Positions 1 through 15,512 are shown, counted from the stretch's first letter. The stretch is 64,000 bases of DNA from Octopus vulgaris (GCA_951406725.2 OX597843.1:14756001-14820000); one strand, 5' to 3'. Notes: generated by a model not told the origin, from the letters alone. Numbers and translations: made by a program.

Positions 1-129
1 TCGCGCACATATGGTTGTGATGCATGTGCCTAGTGTACCCTTATCAGACGGGTAGTCATGATGGGTGTACTGGGCTTCGTATATTTGTACCCCAGTGTCA
101 CTTTGATGGCATGAACTGCTCTCTCACTC

Positions 130-200
<71 letters not shown>

Positions 201-235
201 CAACAACAACAACAATAATAATAACAATAATGATA
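1..235 (+). mobile_element. 3' end of a retroposon (SINE/LINE) followed by an (AAT)n tail
   Basis: Complex sequence ends abruptly at ~130 in a long (AAT)n/(AAC)n run, as do the LINE ends elsewhere in the window. Confidence 0.4.
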
Positions 236-1139
236 AAGAGAAGAAGAAGAAGAAGAAGAAAAGAAAGAGGAGGAGGTGGAGGAGGAGAAGAAGAAGAATA
301 GTTTAAAAGAAGAAGGAGAAGAAGAAGAAAATGAAGAAGAAGAAGAAGAACAACAACAACAACAACAATAACTAAAACAGTACAAACAAAATATTTGGAG
401 ATGAGAGAAAAATTAGAGAGAAATTTGAGAAAATAAAAACGAAATAAAGTAAAGATGAAAAATGAAAATTGAAAAGCAAGACAAATATGTTTGATACAGA
501 ACAAGTTTCGATGTTCTTCTGAAGAAATAAGAAAATTGTCACGTTTCAAGAATGCAAAGAACATTCTAGAAACCAATTTCATTGCTAAAAGAGAGAAGAA
601 AAAAAAAAGGTTATAGAGGAAGAATAAATGGTAAAAAAAACATTGGAATAATGATGGAAATATTGAGAGAAGAGTTTTAAGAACGATGTCTCCAGTTGGA
701 GGTTTGTATTAGAGAGATATGATAACAGGCTTCGTCATTTGGAACCTTCCGGCAACCAAATTATGGTTTCGTGGTTGTTGCTGTTGTTGTTGTTGTCAGC
801 TTTTAATTTTTGAAGAGTTTTTTTTTGGAATTTAATGTCAATAATGGTTTGATTAAACGTTTAGCTGATGACCTTATGTAGGTGTGTGTGTGTGTATATA
901 TATACATACATGTATGTGTGTGGATGTATATATGTATGCATGCATCTGTGTATATATGTAGGTGTGTATATATGTATGTATGTGTATGTATATATGCATA
1001 TATGTGTGTGTGTATACATATAACCTCACACACATATATATATATACGTCTATATATGCATGTATGTATACATCTATGTCTAATCAACAGTTATGTAAAT
1101 AAATTGATTTTGCTGTAGTCAAACTCTCCATTTTCTTTA

Positions 1140-1189
<50 letters not shown>

Positions 1190-1272
1190 TATATGTATGT
1201 ATCTGTATCTATATGTGTGTGAGTTGTGTATGTGTGTATGTATATATATATATATACATATGTACATATATA

Positions 1273-1960
<688 letters not shown>

Positions 1961-2487
1961 GTGTGTGTCTCAAAGGAGGTGGAAGTTAGAAAATGTGAGG
2001 AATCTGTGTGGAGGTGTGAGGAAATAAATTTATGAAAAATAACTGACTTGTTAAACACAATGTAAAACCTTCTGGAATTTAAGGAAGCAAGAAAGGAAGA
2101 AGAAATCTATGTTTACATGTGCATATTTGTATGTGTTTGTGTATGTATAGGTGCATGTATTTGTATGAAACCATTCGGGAACATGAATTGGCTGTTAGGT
2201 AACTCAACTTATAATATCCTTTCTGTAATTTGATTACTCAACTGGTACTTATTCTATCGCTTCTAAAAGGATGACAGGCAAAGTCCACCTTGGTAGAATT
2301 TGGACACAGAATGTAAGGACGGATGAAATGCTGCTAAGCATTTTGCCAAGTATGCTAATGATTCCGTCAGCTTCTCACCTTCACGTAATCTATAATATTG
2401 CATCAATAACACACCTACTCTTTTAGCTACAATTTTCAAGCTTATATATACAAAATTTTTCTGATTCATGGAAACTTATTGGATGAC

Positions 2488-2525
<38 letters not shown>

Positions 2526-3199
2526 AAAGAAGGTTTGAAAATGCAATTTTAAAAGATGTTTATTTACTTTACCGGTTTCACTCTTTGGAAAAAGATTGTC
2601 AAATGTAACATGTAAAAGTTTGGTTGCGTTAACTATTGGTTGTTACAAAATACTACATTACATATATACAGTCTTTGGCAACAAGAACATGTTAAGGATA
2701 TAAGAAAGTTTAACAAGTTCCTTAAAATATTGGGCACAAAAGATTACAACATAAATATACATTCTCAAGAACATGTTAAAGATAGTTTCCAGAAGGAATT
2801 ATTAAAAAGTTCAGTGGAATATTGGTATTGTAACACGCACAGAATATTGGTTGACACAGAGTACTACAATACATATATATACATTCTTTGGTGACAAGAG
2901 CATGTTGAGAACATAAAAGAGTTTAACAAGTTCATTGAAATATATATATATATATATATATATCATCATCATCATCATTTAACGTCCGTTTTCCATGATC
3001 GCATGGGTTGGATGGTTCGACCGGGGTCTGGTAAGCCATGGAGACTGCACCAGGCTCCAGTCTGATTTGGCAGTGTTTCTACAGCTGGATGCCCTTCCTA
3101 ATGCTAACCACTCATATATATATACACACACACATATATATATATATACACACATATATATATATACATTTATAGATATATATATATACATGTATTTAT

Positions 3200-3251
<52 letters not shown>

Positions 3252-3647
3252 TTATGTATACCCATGTGTGTAGTATGGAGGGGCATGTAAAAATACATAC
3301 ATGCACACACATATGCATACACACACATATGCATACACACACATACACACATGTATATTCCATCAGTCTCCTTTGCCAAACTGTTACATTACGGAGGGTC
3401 ATGAACACGCCAACATCTGTTGTCAAGCGATACAGATACACTAACATATACATACATATATATATGTGTATATCATCATCATCATTTTATGTCTGCTTTC
3501 CATGCTGGCATGGGTTAGACAGTTTGACTGAGAAGTGGTGAGCCAGATGGCTGCACCAGGCTTCAATCTTGATCTGGCAAAGTTTCTACAGCTGGATGCC
3601 CCTCTTAATGCCAACCACTCTAAGAATGTAGTGGGTGCTTTTATGTG

Positions 3648-6600
3648 CACACTCAAATGTTGTTTTTACGTGCTACATGCATGGGAGCCAGCCCGGCAGC
3701 ACTGGCAACGACCACACTCAAATGTTGTTTTTACGTGCTACATGCATGGGAGGCAGCCCAGCAGCACTGGCAACGACCACACTCAAATGTTGTTTTTACG
3801 TGCTACATGCATGGGAGGCAGCCCGGCAGCACTGGCAACGACCACACTCAAATGTTGTTTTTACGTGCTACATGCATGGGAGGCAGCCCAGCAGCACTGG
3901 CAACGACCACACTCAAATGTTGTTTTTACGTGCTACATGCATGGGAGGCAGCCCGGCAGCACTGGCAACGACCACACTCAAATGTTGTTTTTACGTGCTA
4001 CATGCATGGGAGGCAGCCCGGCAGTACGGGTAACGACCACACTCAAATGTTGTTTTTACGTGCTACATGCATGGGAGGCAGCCCGGCAGCACTGGCAATG
4101 ACCACACTCAAATGTTGTTTTTACGTGCTACATGCATGGGAGCCAGCCCGGCAGCACGGGTAACGACCACACTCAAATGTTGTTTTTACGTGCTACATGC
4201 ATGGGAGCCAGCCCGGCAGCACGGGTAACGACCACACTCAAATGTTGTTTTTACGTGCTACATGCATGGGAGCCAGCCCGGCAGCACTGGCAACGACCAC
4301 ACTCAAATGTTGTTTTTACGTGCTACATGCATGGGAGGCAGCCCAGCAGCACTGGCAATGACCACACTCAAATGTTGTTTTTACGTGCTACATGCATGGG
4401 AGGCAGCCCAGCAGCACGGGTAACGACCACACTCAAATGTTGTTTTTACGTGCTACATGCATGGGAGGCAGCCCAGCAGCACTGGCAATGACCACACTCA
4501 AATGTTGTTTTTACGTGCTACATGCATGGGAGGCAGCCCAGCAGCACGGGTAACGACCACACTCAAATGTTGTTTTTACGTGCTACATGCATGGGAGGCA
4601 GCCCAGCAGCACTGGCAACGACCACACTCAAATGTTGTTTTTACGTGCTACATGCATGGGAGGCAGCCCAGCAGCACGGGTAACGACCACACTCAAATGT
4701 TGTTTTTACGTGCTACATGCATGGGAGGCAGCCCAGCAGCACGGGTAACGACCACACTCAAATGTTGTTTTTACGTGCTACATGCATGGGAGCCAGCCCG
4801 GCAGCACGGGTAACGACCACACTCAAATGTTGTTTTTACGTGCTACATGCATGGGAGGCAGCCCGGCAGCACGGGTAACGACCACACTCAAATGTTGTTT
4901 TTACGTGCTACATGCATGGGAGCCAGCCCGGCAGCACTGGCAACGATCACACTCAAATGTTGTTTTTACGTGCTACATGCATGGGAGGCAGCCCAGCAGC
5001 ACTGGCAACGACCACACTCAAATGTTGTTTTTACGTGCTACATGCATGGGAGCCAGCCCGGCAGCACTGGCAACGATCACACTCAAATGTTGTTTTTACG
5101 TGCTACATGCATGGGAGGCAGCCCAGCAGCACGGGTAACGACCACACTCAAATGTTGTTTTTACGTGCTACATGCATGGGAGGCAGCCCAGCAGCACGGG
5201 TAACGACCACACTCAAATGTTGTTTTTACGTGCTACATGCATGGAGGCAGCCCAGCAGCACGGGTAACGACCACACTCAAATGTTGTTTTTACGTGCTAC
5301 ATGCATGGGAGCCAGCCCGGCAGCACTGGCAACGATCACACTCAAATGTTGTTTTTACGTGCTACATGCATGGGAGCCAGCCCGGCAGCACTGGCAACGA
5401 TCACACTCAAATGTTGTTTTTACGTGCTACATGCATGGGAGGCAGCCCAGCAGCACGGGTAACGACCACACTCAAATGTTGTTTTTACGTGCTACATGCA
5501 TGGGAGGCAGCCCAGCAGCACGGGTAACGACCACACTCAAATGTTGTTTTTACGTGCTACATGCATGGGAGGCAGCCCAGCAGCACGGGTAACGACCACA
5601 CTCAAATGTTGTTTTTACGTGCTACATGCATGGGAGCCAGCCCGGCAGCACTGGCAACGATCACACTCAAATGTTGTTTTTACGTGCTACATGCATGGGA
5701 GCCAGCCCGGCAGCACTGGCAACGATCACACTCAAATGTTGTTTTTACGTGCTACATGCATGGGAGGCAGCCCAGCAGCACGGGTAACGACCACACTCAA
5801 ATGTTGTTTTTACGTGCTACATGCATGGGAGGCAGCCCGGCAGCACGGGTAACGACCACACTCAAATGTTGTTTTTACGTGCTACATGCATGGGAGGCAG
5901 CCCAGCAGCACGGGTAACGACCACACTCAAATGTTGTTTTTACGTGCTACATGCATGGGAGGCAGCCCGGCAGCACTGGCAACGACCACACTCAAATGTT
6001 GTTTTTACGTTCTACATGCATGGGAGCCAGCCCGGCAGCACTGGTAACGACCATACTCAAATGTTGTTTTTACGTGCTACATGCATGGGAGGCAGCCCAG
6101 CAGCACGGGTAACGACCACACTCAAATGTTGTTTTTACGTGCTACATGCATGGGAGGCAGCCCAGCAGCACTGGCAACGACCACACTCAAATGTTGTTTT
6201 TACGTGCTACATGCATGGGAGGCAGCCCAGCAGCACGGGTAACGACCACACTCAAATGTTGTTTTTACGTGCTACATGCATGGGAGGCAGCCCAGCAGCA
6301 CGGGTGTTGTTTTTACGTGCTACATGCATGGGAGGCAGCCCAGCAGCACGGGTAACGACCACACTCAAATGTTGTTTTTACGTGCTACATGCATGGGAGG
6401 CAGCCCGGCAGCACGGGTAACGACCACACTCAAATGTTGTTTTTACGTGCTACATGCATGGGAGGCAGCCCGGCAGCACTGGCAACGACCACACTCAAAT
6501 GTTGTTTTTACGTGCTACATGCATGGGAGCCAGCCCGGCAGCACTGGCAACGACCACACTCAAATGTTGTTTTTACGTGCTACATGCATGGGAGGCAGCC

Positions 6601-8709
6601 CAGCAGCACGGGTAACGACCACACTCAAATGTTGTTTTTACGTGCTACATGCATGCAGCCCGCAGCACGGGTACGACCACATCAAATGTTGTTTACGTGC
6701 TACATGCATGGGAGCAGCCCGGCAGCACTGGCAACGACCACACTCAAATGTTGTTTTTACGTGCTACATGCATGGGAGCCAGCCCGGCAGCACTGGCAAC
6801 GACCACACTCAAATGTTGTTTTTACGTGCTACATGCATGGGAGGCAGCCCAGCAGCACGGGTAACGACCACACTCAAATGTTGTTTTTACGTGCTACATG
6901 CATGGGAGGCAGCCCAGCAGCACGGGTAACGACCACACTCAAATGTTGTTTTTACGTGCTACATGCATGGGAGGCAGCCCGGCAGCACGGGTAACGACCA
7001 CACTCAAATGTTGTTTTTACGTGCTACATGCATGGGCCAGCCCAGGCAGCACTGGCAACGACCACACTCAAATGTTGTTTTTACGTGCTACATGCATGGG
7101 AGGCAGCCCAGCAGCACGGGTAACGACCACACTCAAATGTTGTTTTTACGTGCTACATGCATGGGAGGCAGCCCAGCAGCACGGGTAACGACCACACTCA
7201 AATGTTGTTTTTACGTGCTACATGCATGGGAGGCAGCCCAGCAGCACGGGTAACGACCACACTCAAATGTTGTTTTTACGTGCTACATGCATGGGAGGCA
7301 GCCCAGCAGCAGTGGCAACGACCACACTCAAATGTTGTTTTTACGTGCTACATGCATGGGAGGCAGCCCAGCAGCACTGGCAACGACCACACTGAAATGT
7401 TGTTTTTACGTGCTACATGCATGGGAGGCAGCCCGGCAGCACGGGTAACGACCACACTCAAATGTTGTTTTTACGTGCTACATGCATGGGAGGCAGCCCA
7501 GCAGCACGGGTAACGACCACACTCAAATGTTGTTTTTACGTGCTACATGCATGGGAGGCAGCCCGGCAGCACGGGTAACGACCACACTCAAATGTTGTTT
7601 TTACGTGCTACATGCATGGGAGGCAGCCCGGCAGCACGGGTAACGACCACACTCAAATGTTGTTTTTACGTGCTACATGCATGGGAGGCAGCCCGGCAGC
7701 ACTGGCAACGACCACACTCAAATGTTGTTTTTACGTGCTACATGCATGGGAGCCAGCCCGGCAGCACTGGCAACGACCACACTCAAATGTTGTTTTTACG
7801 TGCTACATGCATGGGAGGCAGCCCAGCAGCACGGGTAACGACCACACTCAAATGTTGTTTTTACGTGCTACATGCATGGGAGGCAGCCCGGCAGCACGGG
7901 TAACGACCACACTCAAATGTTGTTTTTACGTGCTACATGCATGGGAGCCAGCTCAGCAGCACTGGCAATGACCACACTCAAATGTTGTTTTTACGTGCTA
8001 CATGCATGGGAGGCAGCCCAGCAGCACTGGCAACGACCACACTCAAATGTTGTTTTTACGTGCTACATGCATGGGAGGCAGCCCGGCAGCACGGGTAATG
8101 ACCACACTCAAATGTTGTTTTTACGTGCTACATGCATGGGAGGCAGCCCAGCAGCACGGGTAACGACCACACTCAAATGTTGTTTTTACGTGCTTCATGC
8201 ATGGGAGGCAGCCCGGCAGCACGGGTAACGACCACACTCAAATGTTGTTTTTACGTGCTACATGCATGGGAGGCAGCCCGGCAGCACTGGCAACGACCAC
8301 ACTCAAATGTTGTTTTTACGTGCTACATGCATGGGAGCCAGCCCGGCAGCACTGGCAACGACCACACTCAAATGTTGTTTTTACGTGCTACATGCATGGG
8401 AGGCAGCCCAGCAGCACGGGTAACGACCACACTCAAATGTTGTTTTTACGTGCTACATGCATGGGAGGCAGCCCGGCAGCACGGGTAACGACCACACTCA
8501 AATGTTGTTTTTACGTGCTACATGCATGGGAGCCAGCCCGGCAGCACTGGCAACGACCACACTCAAATGTTGTTTTTACGTGCTACATGCATGGGAGGCA
8601 GCCCAGCAGCACTGGCAACGACCACACTCAAATGTTGTTTTTACGTGCTACATGCATGGGAGCCAGCCCGGCAGCACGGGCAACGACCACACTCAAATGT
8701 TGTTTTTCA
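3648..8709. repeat. 65-bp tandem satellite, ~78 copies
   Basis: Unit accacactcaaatgttgtttttacgtgctacatgcatgggag(g/c)cagccc(a/g)gcagcac(t/g)gg(c/t)aacg repeated head-to-tail. Confidence 0.98.
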
Positions 8710-9099
8710 TGTGCCACCAGCACATGTACTGGTTAGGCGACGCTGGCAATGATCACGCTCGAATGGTGCATTTTACATGCCAATGGCACAGGAGTGCCAA
8801 TCAGGTGGTACTGTCATTAGCCATGTCAACGATTTTGATTTGATTTAACTTGCCTCAATAGGTCTTCGTGAGCAAAGTTCATTGTCCAATGAATCATGGG
8901 TACTCATAAATGGGCTGGTTACACCCCATGTTTGGATGTGCTTTTAACGTGCCACTGGCACAAGTGCCAATCAGGCAGTACTGTCATCGGCCACGACAGC
9001 AATTTTGATTTTGATTTTGATTTCACTTGCCTCAATAGGTCTTCACAAGCAAAGTTTATTGTCCAATGAATGAGGGGTATTCATAAATGGGCTGGTTAC

Positions 9100-9545
9100 A
9101 CTCACTTAGCTTGTTGAATCTTCTCAAGCACAGCATATCTCCAAAGGTCCCGGTCTTGCACTAGTCATTGCCTCGGGTAAGGGCCAATATTCGAAGGTCA
9201 TGCTTCACCACCTCACCCCAGATTTTTGTGGGTTTACCTCTTCCACAGGTTCCCTCAACCGTTAGGGTGTGGCACTTTTTCACACAGCTGTCCTCATCCA
9301 TTCACAACACATGACCATACCAGTGCAGTCGTCTCACATCATATCTGATGCTTCTTAAATCCAACTTTTCTCTCAGGGTGCTTACACTCTGACATGTATG
9401 TACACTGACATTAGACATCAAGTGGAGCACAATCGCTTCATTCCTTGCAAGCTTACACATGTCCTCAGCAGTCACGGCCCATGTTTCACTGCCATGTAGC
9501 ATGGCTGTTCACACACATACAGTTTACCTTTTACTCTGAGCAAGA
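9100..9545 (-). pseudogene. Decayed RTE-clade reverse transcriptase C-terminal region
   Basis: GSETW...RRLHWYGHV motifs in ORF 9302-9502, with frameshifts around it. Confidence 0.8.
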
Positions 9546-9553
9546 GGCTCTTT

Positions 9554-9593
<40 letters not shown>

Positions 9594-10440
9594 AGTTCAA
9601 TTTGAAAACTCCACTAGAATGGATGCAAGCGCTATTATATGATACATGATGTATAAAAACATGTGATATACAAATAAATATCTGTAAATATAAAACCATC
9701 TGAATTTCTGAGTACCTTATTTCTTCTAATATAAAATACCTGTACATCATCTCCAAACCTTCTAATATATATATATATATATAATTATACCACTCTCAAG
9801 GTATTGGTTGGCTCAAGGCTATAGTAGAAGGCCCAAGGTGGCATGCAGTAGAACTGAACCTGGAAGCAAGTGGTTGAGAAGTAAGTTTCTTACCACACAG
9901 CCACTCCTATGTCTTATATCTATATATATAATATATATGATATAAGGATAAAATCATGTTAATGATTTTTATCAGGGAGTCAGCATGCTATAAAAATTTG
10001 TAGGTAATTTATACATTCAATTAATAATTATATATATACATGTATATAATTATATTAAGGAAGCAAGGGCAAAAACGACCTATCTCCAACATCCTTGAAA
10101 ATGCCAAGGCACTCAAATACCATAAAAAAACGCCAAATTATATGTACACAGGGTTGTAATCGGGCAAGTGAAAGAATATTTTTAAAAATCGTCGCTCCAG
10201 CATGGCCACGGTCAAATGACTGAAACAAGTAAAAGAGTAAAAGAGTTAATTGTGAATTGGATCTAATTTCTGGATTAAAGCCATGGAAACAGACTTTTTT
10301 CCTGTTTTGTCAGCCCAACGCTATAACAGAAGACACTTGCCCAAGGTGCTACACAGTGGGACTGAACCCAGAACCATGTGGTTGGGAAGCAAGTTTCTTA
10401 CCATACAACCACACCCGCACATACATACATACATACATAT

Positions 10441-10484
<44 letters not shown>

Positions 10485-10485
<1 letters not shown>

Positions 10486-10986
10486 CAAATCAAAATAGAT
10501 GAACATCAATGGAATTTGTATCTTTGTGGTACCAGTGCCGGTGGCACGTGGCACACAAGAAAACCATCCGAACGTGGCCGTAGCCAGTACCGCATCGACT
10601 GGCCTCCGTGCTGTGGGCACGTAACAAACACCATCCGATCGTGGCCGTTTGCCAGCCTCATCTGGCACCTGTGTCGGTGGCACATAAAAACACCATCCGA
10701 GCGTGGCCGTCTGCCAGCCTCATCTGGCACCTGTGTCGGTGGCACATAAAAACACCATCCGAGCGTGGCCGTCTGCCAGCCTCGTCTGGCACCTGTGTCG
10801 GTGGCACATAAAATCACCCACTACACTCTCGGAGTGGTTGGCGTTAGGAAGGGCATCCAGCTGTAGAAACACTGCCAGATCTGACTGGACTGGTGCAGCC
10901 TTCGGGCTCCCCAGACCCCAGTTGAACCGTCCAACCCATGCTAGCATGGAAAGCGGACGTTAAATGATGATGATGATGATGATGAT
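10485..10986 (+). mobile_element. RTE-related retroposon 3' region with three to four ~62-bp internal repeats and (ATG)n tail
   Basis: aaacaccatccgagcgtggccgtctgccagcctcatctggcacctgtgtcggtggcacata repeated at 10625-10810. Ends gcatggaaagcggacgttaaatgatgatg. Confidence 0.8.
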
Positions 10987-11614
10987 ATATATATATATAT
11001 TGATACTTATAATGTATGTATGCATATGTATATACACATATATAGATAGACAGACTGATAAAGATATGTGTATATATATATGTGTGTATATAAACTTAAA
11101 CAATAATTGCAAATGCTCATACACATACATAGTCAAATACACGTCTGTGTGTGCGCATGGATGTGTGTGTATGCGTGTGTGCGTGTGTGTGTGTGTGTGC
11201 ATGTGTGTGTATGTGTATGTGTATATATGTGTCTGTGCATGTGTGTGTGTGTGTATATGCATGTGTGTATGTATGTGTATGTGCATGTGTGTGTATGTGT
11301 GTATGTGTGTGTATGTGTGTGTGTGTATGTGTGTGTGTATGTATGTGTGTGTGCAGTTGCATGTGTATGTGCATGTGTGTGTATATGTGTGTATGTGTGT
11401 GTATGTGTGTGTGTGTGTGCATGTGTGTGTGTATGTGTGTATATGTGTGTATGTGCATTTGTCTGAATGTGTGTGTGTATGTCCATGTGTGTGTGTGTTC
11501 AGGTGTGTGTGTGTGTGTACATCTATCTATCTACACACATATATTCCTATGAGTATTGATGCAGTGAATTGACTGTATGTAGTCATCCACCCACACAAAT
11601 ACACACGCACACAT

Positions 11615-12382
11615 ATTAGACCTGACATATTGATTTGGGATAGAGAAGAGAAACTGTGCCCAGTGGTGGAAATCAGCTGCCCAGCAGATGTGAACACAAG
11701 GGCCAAAGATCAGCGAAAAAGAGAATACATTTGCTGAACTATTGAGGAATCTACAGCTATTCCGTCCAGGTTACAAGTTCAGGTTTCTACCCATAATTAC
11801 TGGGACCCTGGGATATGTAACACACTGCCTAAATACCAATCTTGAGAAATTAGGCTTCTCAAAACCAGAAACGAGAAAGCTGATTTGAAGACTACAGATC
11901 CAGTCAATCACTGGAACTGTAAAAATCTGTAAAACTTTCCAGAAGTTTAGCATTTAAATATATATATCTTTATATGCAAATATATGCATGACAATACATA
12001 CACAAAACAAAGCATACAAATCTGCATGTGCACTCACTCTAAATACTGCATATATGTTAAGTTGGTGCAGAATTATTGCGCCTTTTTTCAATAAATTTTA
12101 TTCAACAAAAACAATAACAATATTTAACAAAAACGTCTTTAAGTGATTATTCTGGAGCATATTCACCATCCACTTCAATTTCTGCTTGGTGTTTTGTTTA
12201 ATTTTTTTGTTGAATAAAATTTATGGAAAAAAAAGCCACAAAAATTATGCACCAACCTAATACATTCATACATACAAAAATACCCTGTAGATGTTGCTGA
12301 AATTCGAATGAAGGGGTCTTGGATCAGGTTAGAAACTGGCTCTTCCTCTTCTGGCAAAAAACCTTGAAATAAAACTGAATAA
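11615..12382 (+). mobile_element. 3' fragment of a non-LTR retrotransposon with restriction-like endonuclease (RLE), interrupted by a mariner MITE
   Basis: Translates RPDILIWDREEKLCPVVEISCPADVN...EKE...FLPIITGTLG, a PD-(D/E)xK RLE pattern. Homologous copies at 51620-52130, 53075-53315 and 28545-28635. Confidence 0.75.
12055..12261. mobile_element. Tc1/mariner-type MITE (internally palindromic)
   Basis: Ends gttaagttggtgca...tgcaccaacctaata resemble mariner TATTAGGTTGGTGCA TIRs. Internal inverted ataaattttattcaacaaaaa / tttttgttgaataaaatttat. Confidence 0.7.
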
Positions 12383-12760
12383 TGGCGCAGGAGTGGCTGT
12401 GTGGTAAGAAGCTTGCTTACCAACCACATAGTTCCGGGTTCAGTCCCACTGCGTGGAATCTTGGGCAAGTGTCTTCTACTATAGCCTCAGGCCAACCGAA
12501 ACCTTGCGAGTAGATTTGGTAGACGGAAACTGAAAGAAGCCCGTTGTATATATGTGTGTGTGTGTGTCCCCCTAGCATCGCTTGACAACCGATGCTGGTG
12601 TGTTTATGTCGCTGTCACTTAGCAGTTCGGCAAAAGAGACCGATAGAATAAGTACTGGGCTTACAAAGAATAAGTCCCGGGGTCGATTTGCTCGATTAAA
12701 GGCGGTGCTCCAGCATGGCCGCAGTCAAATGACTGAAACAAGTAAAAGAGTAAAAGAGAG
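12383..12760 (+). mobile_element. Abundant tRNA-derived SINE (family A), near full length, (GTAAAAGA)n tail
   Basis: ggcgcaggagtggctgtgtggtaag (A-box-like), gggttcagtccc (B-box-like), internal (TA)/(TG) tract, 3' ccagcatggccgcagtcaaatgactgaaacaagtaaaagag. Confidence 0.9.
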
Positions 12761-13251
12761 TATACAAACATACATACATAAATACGTACATAATACATAC
12801 ACATATATGTATGTATATATACATATATATATACACATATATATGTGTGTGTGTATATGTACATATACACGCACACACATGCACACACCACATGCAAAAT
12901 GTATAAAGATCAGAAAATGGTAATCTTTATTACGAACAATAACAACAACAACTTCCACCACCACCACAACCACCACCAATACCACCAAAACCACTACAAT
13001 CCCTACCACAACAACCAGAGTAATGGCAACATCAATAGAGTCTTGAATCTCTCCTCAGAGACTCTGGCATCATGGGAACAGTTTGGTATGATATGACGTC
13101 CATGTTTGTTTGGGCAGTAAATAATGTTTTTTGTTTGGATAATAGATGGACGTACAAACACACGCACACATGCACACACACACACACACACACACTCATG
13201 TGTATATCTATCTATATATATATGTGTATGTATGTATATGTATATGTATAT

Positions 13252-13321
<70 letters not shown>

Positions 13322-13323
13322 AC

Positions 13324-13625
<302 letters not shown>

Positions 13626-13714
13626 TATGTATATATATACACATATATATACATACATACACACACACACACTCACACACATATTTATACATACAGATAA
13701 ATAGATAGATAAAA

Positions 13715-13778
<64 letters not shown>

Positions 13779-13961
13779 ATGTATGTGTGTGTCTACCTTT
13801 ATAATATACATATGCATACATCTATCATAACAAATGCTAAAACGAATTTCTGTGTGTCTGTGTGTCACACTTTGACCCCACTTTCTCACCTCACCATTTC
13901 TACCAGGTCTAGCTACCATGTAGAGATCTCCCTCATTGGCTCATACATCCATATCTTATAT

Positions 13962-14365
13962 TTTTTACTTATTTCACTCATTTGACTGCGGCCATGCTGG
14001 GGCACCATCTTGAAGGGTTTAAGTTGAAACAGATTGAGCCCCAAGACATTTTTTAAAGCCTAGTACTTATTCTATTGGTCTCTTTGCTGAACTGCTAAAT
14101 TATGAGGACATAAACACACCAACACCGGTTGTCAAGCAGTGGCGGGGGATGGTCAAACATAAACACAAAGACATACACACATGGACACACACACACACAG
14201 ATATATATACGACGGGCTTCTTTTAGTTTCCATCTCCCAAATCCACTTACAAGGCTTTGGGTGGTCCAAATTTATAACAGAAGATGCTTGCTCAAGGTAC
14301 CATGCAGTGGGACTGAACCCGGAAGCATGTGATTGAGAAGCAAGCTTCTTACCACACAGCTACAC
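13962..14365 (-). mobile_element. SINE family A (diverged)
   Basis: Reverse complement of the 12383-12760 consensus. Confidence 0.85.
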
Positions 14366-14486
14366 CTAGATAGGATAGTAGGGTGTGATTTGAAGGAGAT
14401 TTGGCTGCTATTTTTAGCAGGTGTAACAATGATGTACAAGTGTCTTTTATGAGTTCATGATGGTGGTAAAAGTGATGTCTCTTGCA

Positions 14487-15512
14487 GTGGTGGAGGTTGA
14501 GGTGGTGGTGGTGGTGGTGGTGGTGGTGGTGGTGGTGGTGGTGGTGGTGGTTGAGTTGGTGGTGGTGGTGGTGGTGGTGGTGGTGGTGGTGGTGGTGGTG
14601 GTGGTGGTGGTGGTGGTGGTGGTGGTGGTGGTGGTGGTGGTGGTGGTTGTGGTGGTGGAGGTTGGTGGTGGTGGTGGTGGAGGTGGTTGGTTGGTGGTGG
14701 TGGTGGTGGTGGTGGTGGTGGTGGTGGTTGTGGTGGTGGAGGTTGAGGTGGTGGTGGTGGTGGAGGTGGTTGAGTTGGTGGTGGTGGTGGTGGTGGTGGT
14801 GGTGGTGGTGGTTGTGGTGGTGAAGGTTGAGGTGGTGGTGTTGGTGGTGGTGGTGGTGGTGGTGGTGGTGGTGGTGGTGGTGGTGGTGGTTGAGTTGGTG
14901 GTGGTGGTGGTGGTGGTGGTGGTGGTGGTGGTGGTGGTGGTGGTGGTGGTGGTGGTGGTGGTGGTGGTGGTGGTGGTGGTTGTGGTGGTGGAGGTTGAGG
15001 TGGTGGTGGTGGTGGTGGTGGTGGTGGTGGTGGTGGTGGTGGTGGTGGTGGTGGTGGTGGTGGTGGTGGTGGTGGGTGGTGGTGGTGGTGGTGGTGGTGG
15101 TGGTGGTGGTGGTGGTGGTGGTGGTGGTGGTGGTTGTGGTGGTGGGGTTGGGTGGTGGTGGTGGTGGTGGTGGTGGTGGTGGTGGTGGTGGTGGTGGTGG
15201 TGGTGGTGGTGGTGGTGGTTGAGTTGGTGGTGGTGGTGGTGGTTGTGGTGGTTGTGGTGGTGGTGGTGGTGGTGGTGGTGGTGGTTGTGGTGGTGGAGGT
15301 TGAGGTGGTGGTGGTGGTGGTGGTGGTGGTGGTGGTGGTGGTGGTGGTGGTGGTGGTGGTGGTGGTGGTGGTGGTGGTGGTGGTGGAGGTGGTTGTGTTG
15401 GTGGTGGTGGTGGTGGTTGTGGTGGTGGTGGTGGTGGTGGTGGTGGTGGTGGTGGTGGTGGTGGTGGTTGTGGTGGTGGTGGTGGTGGTGGTGGTGGTGG
15501 TGGTGGTGGTGG

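Larger units (their letters stand above)
3472..9545 (-). mobile_element. 5'-truncated RTE-clade LINE whose 3' UTR contains an expanded 65-bp satellite
   Basis: ORF2 C-terminal peptide at 9302-9502 (LHGSETWAV...LREKLDLRSIR...RRLHWYGHVL) is RTE-like. It is contiguous with UTR-like sequence, the satellite and the (ATG)n tail at ~3472. Confidence 0.65.

Noticed and set aside
3648-8709. CRISPR-like array
   Set aside because: There are no unique spacers, only head-to-tail units with few variant sites. The context is eukaryotic and no cas genes are present.
3535-8843. Many overlapping 100-226 aa ORFs
   Set aside because: They are translations of the 65-bp satellite. The unit length is not a multiple of three and the ORFs appear in all frames.
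12281-12320. miR-10-like sequence TACCCTGTAGAT...AAATTCG
   Set aside because: Only the first 12 nt match, the spacing is too short for a pre-miRNA, and it lies in a LINE 3' UTR.
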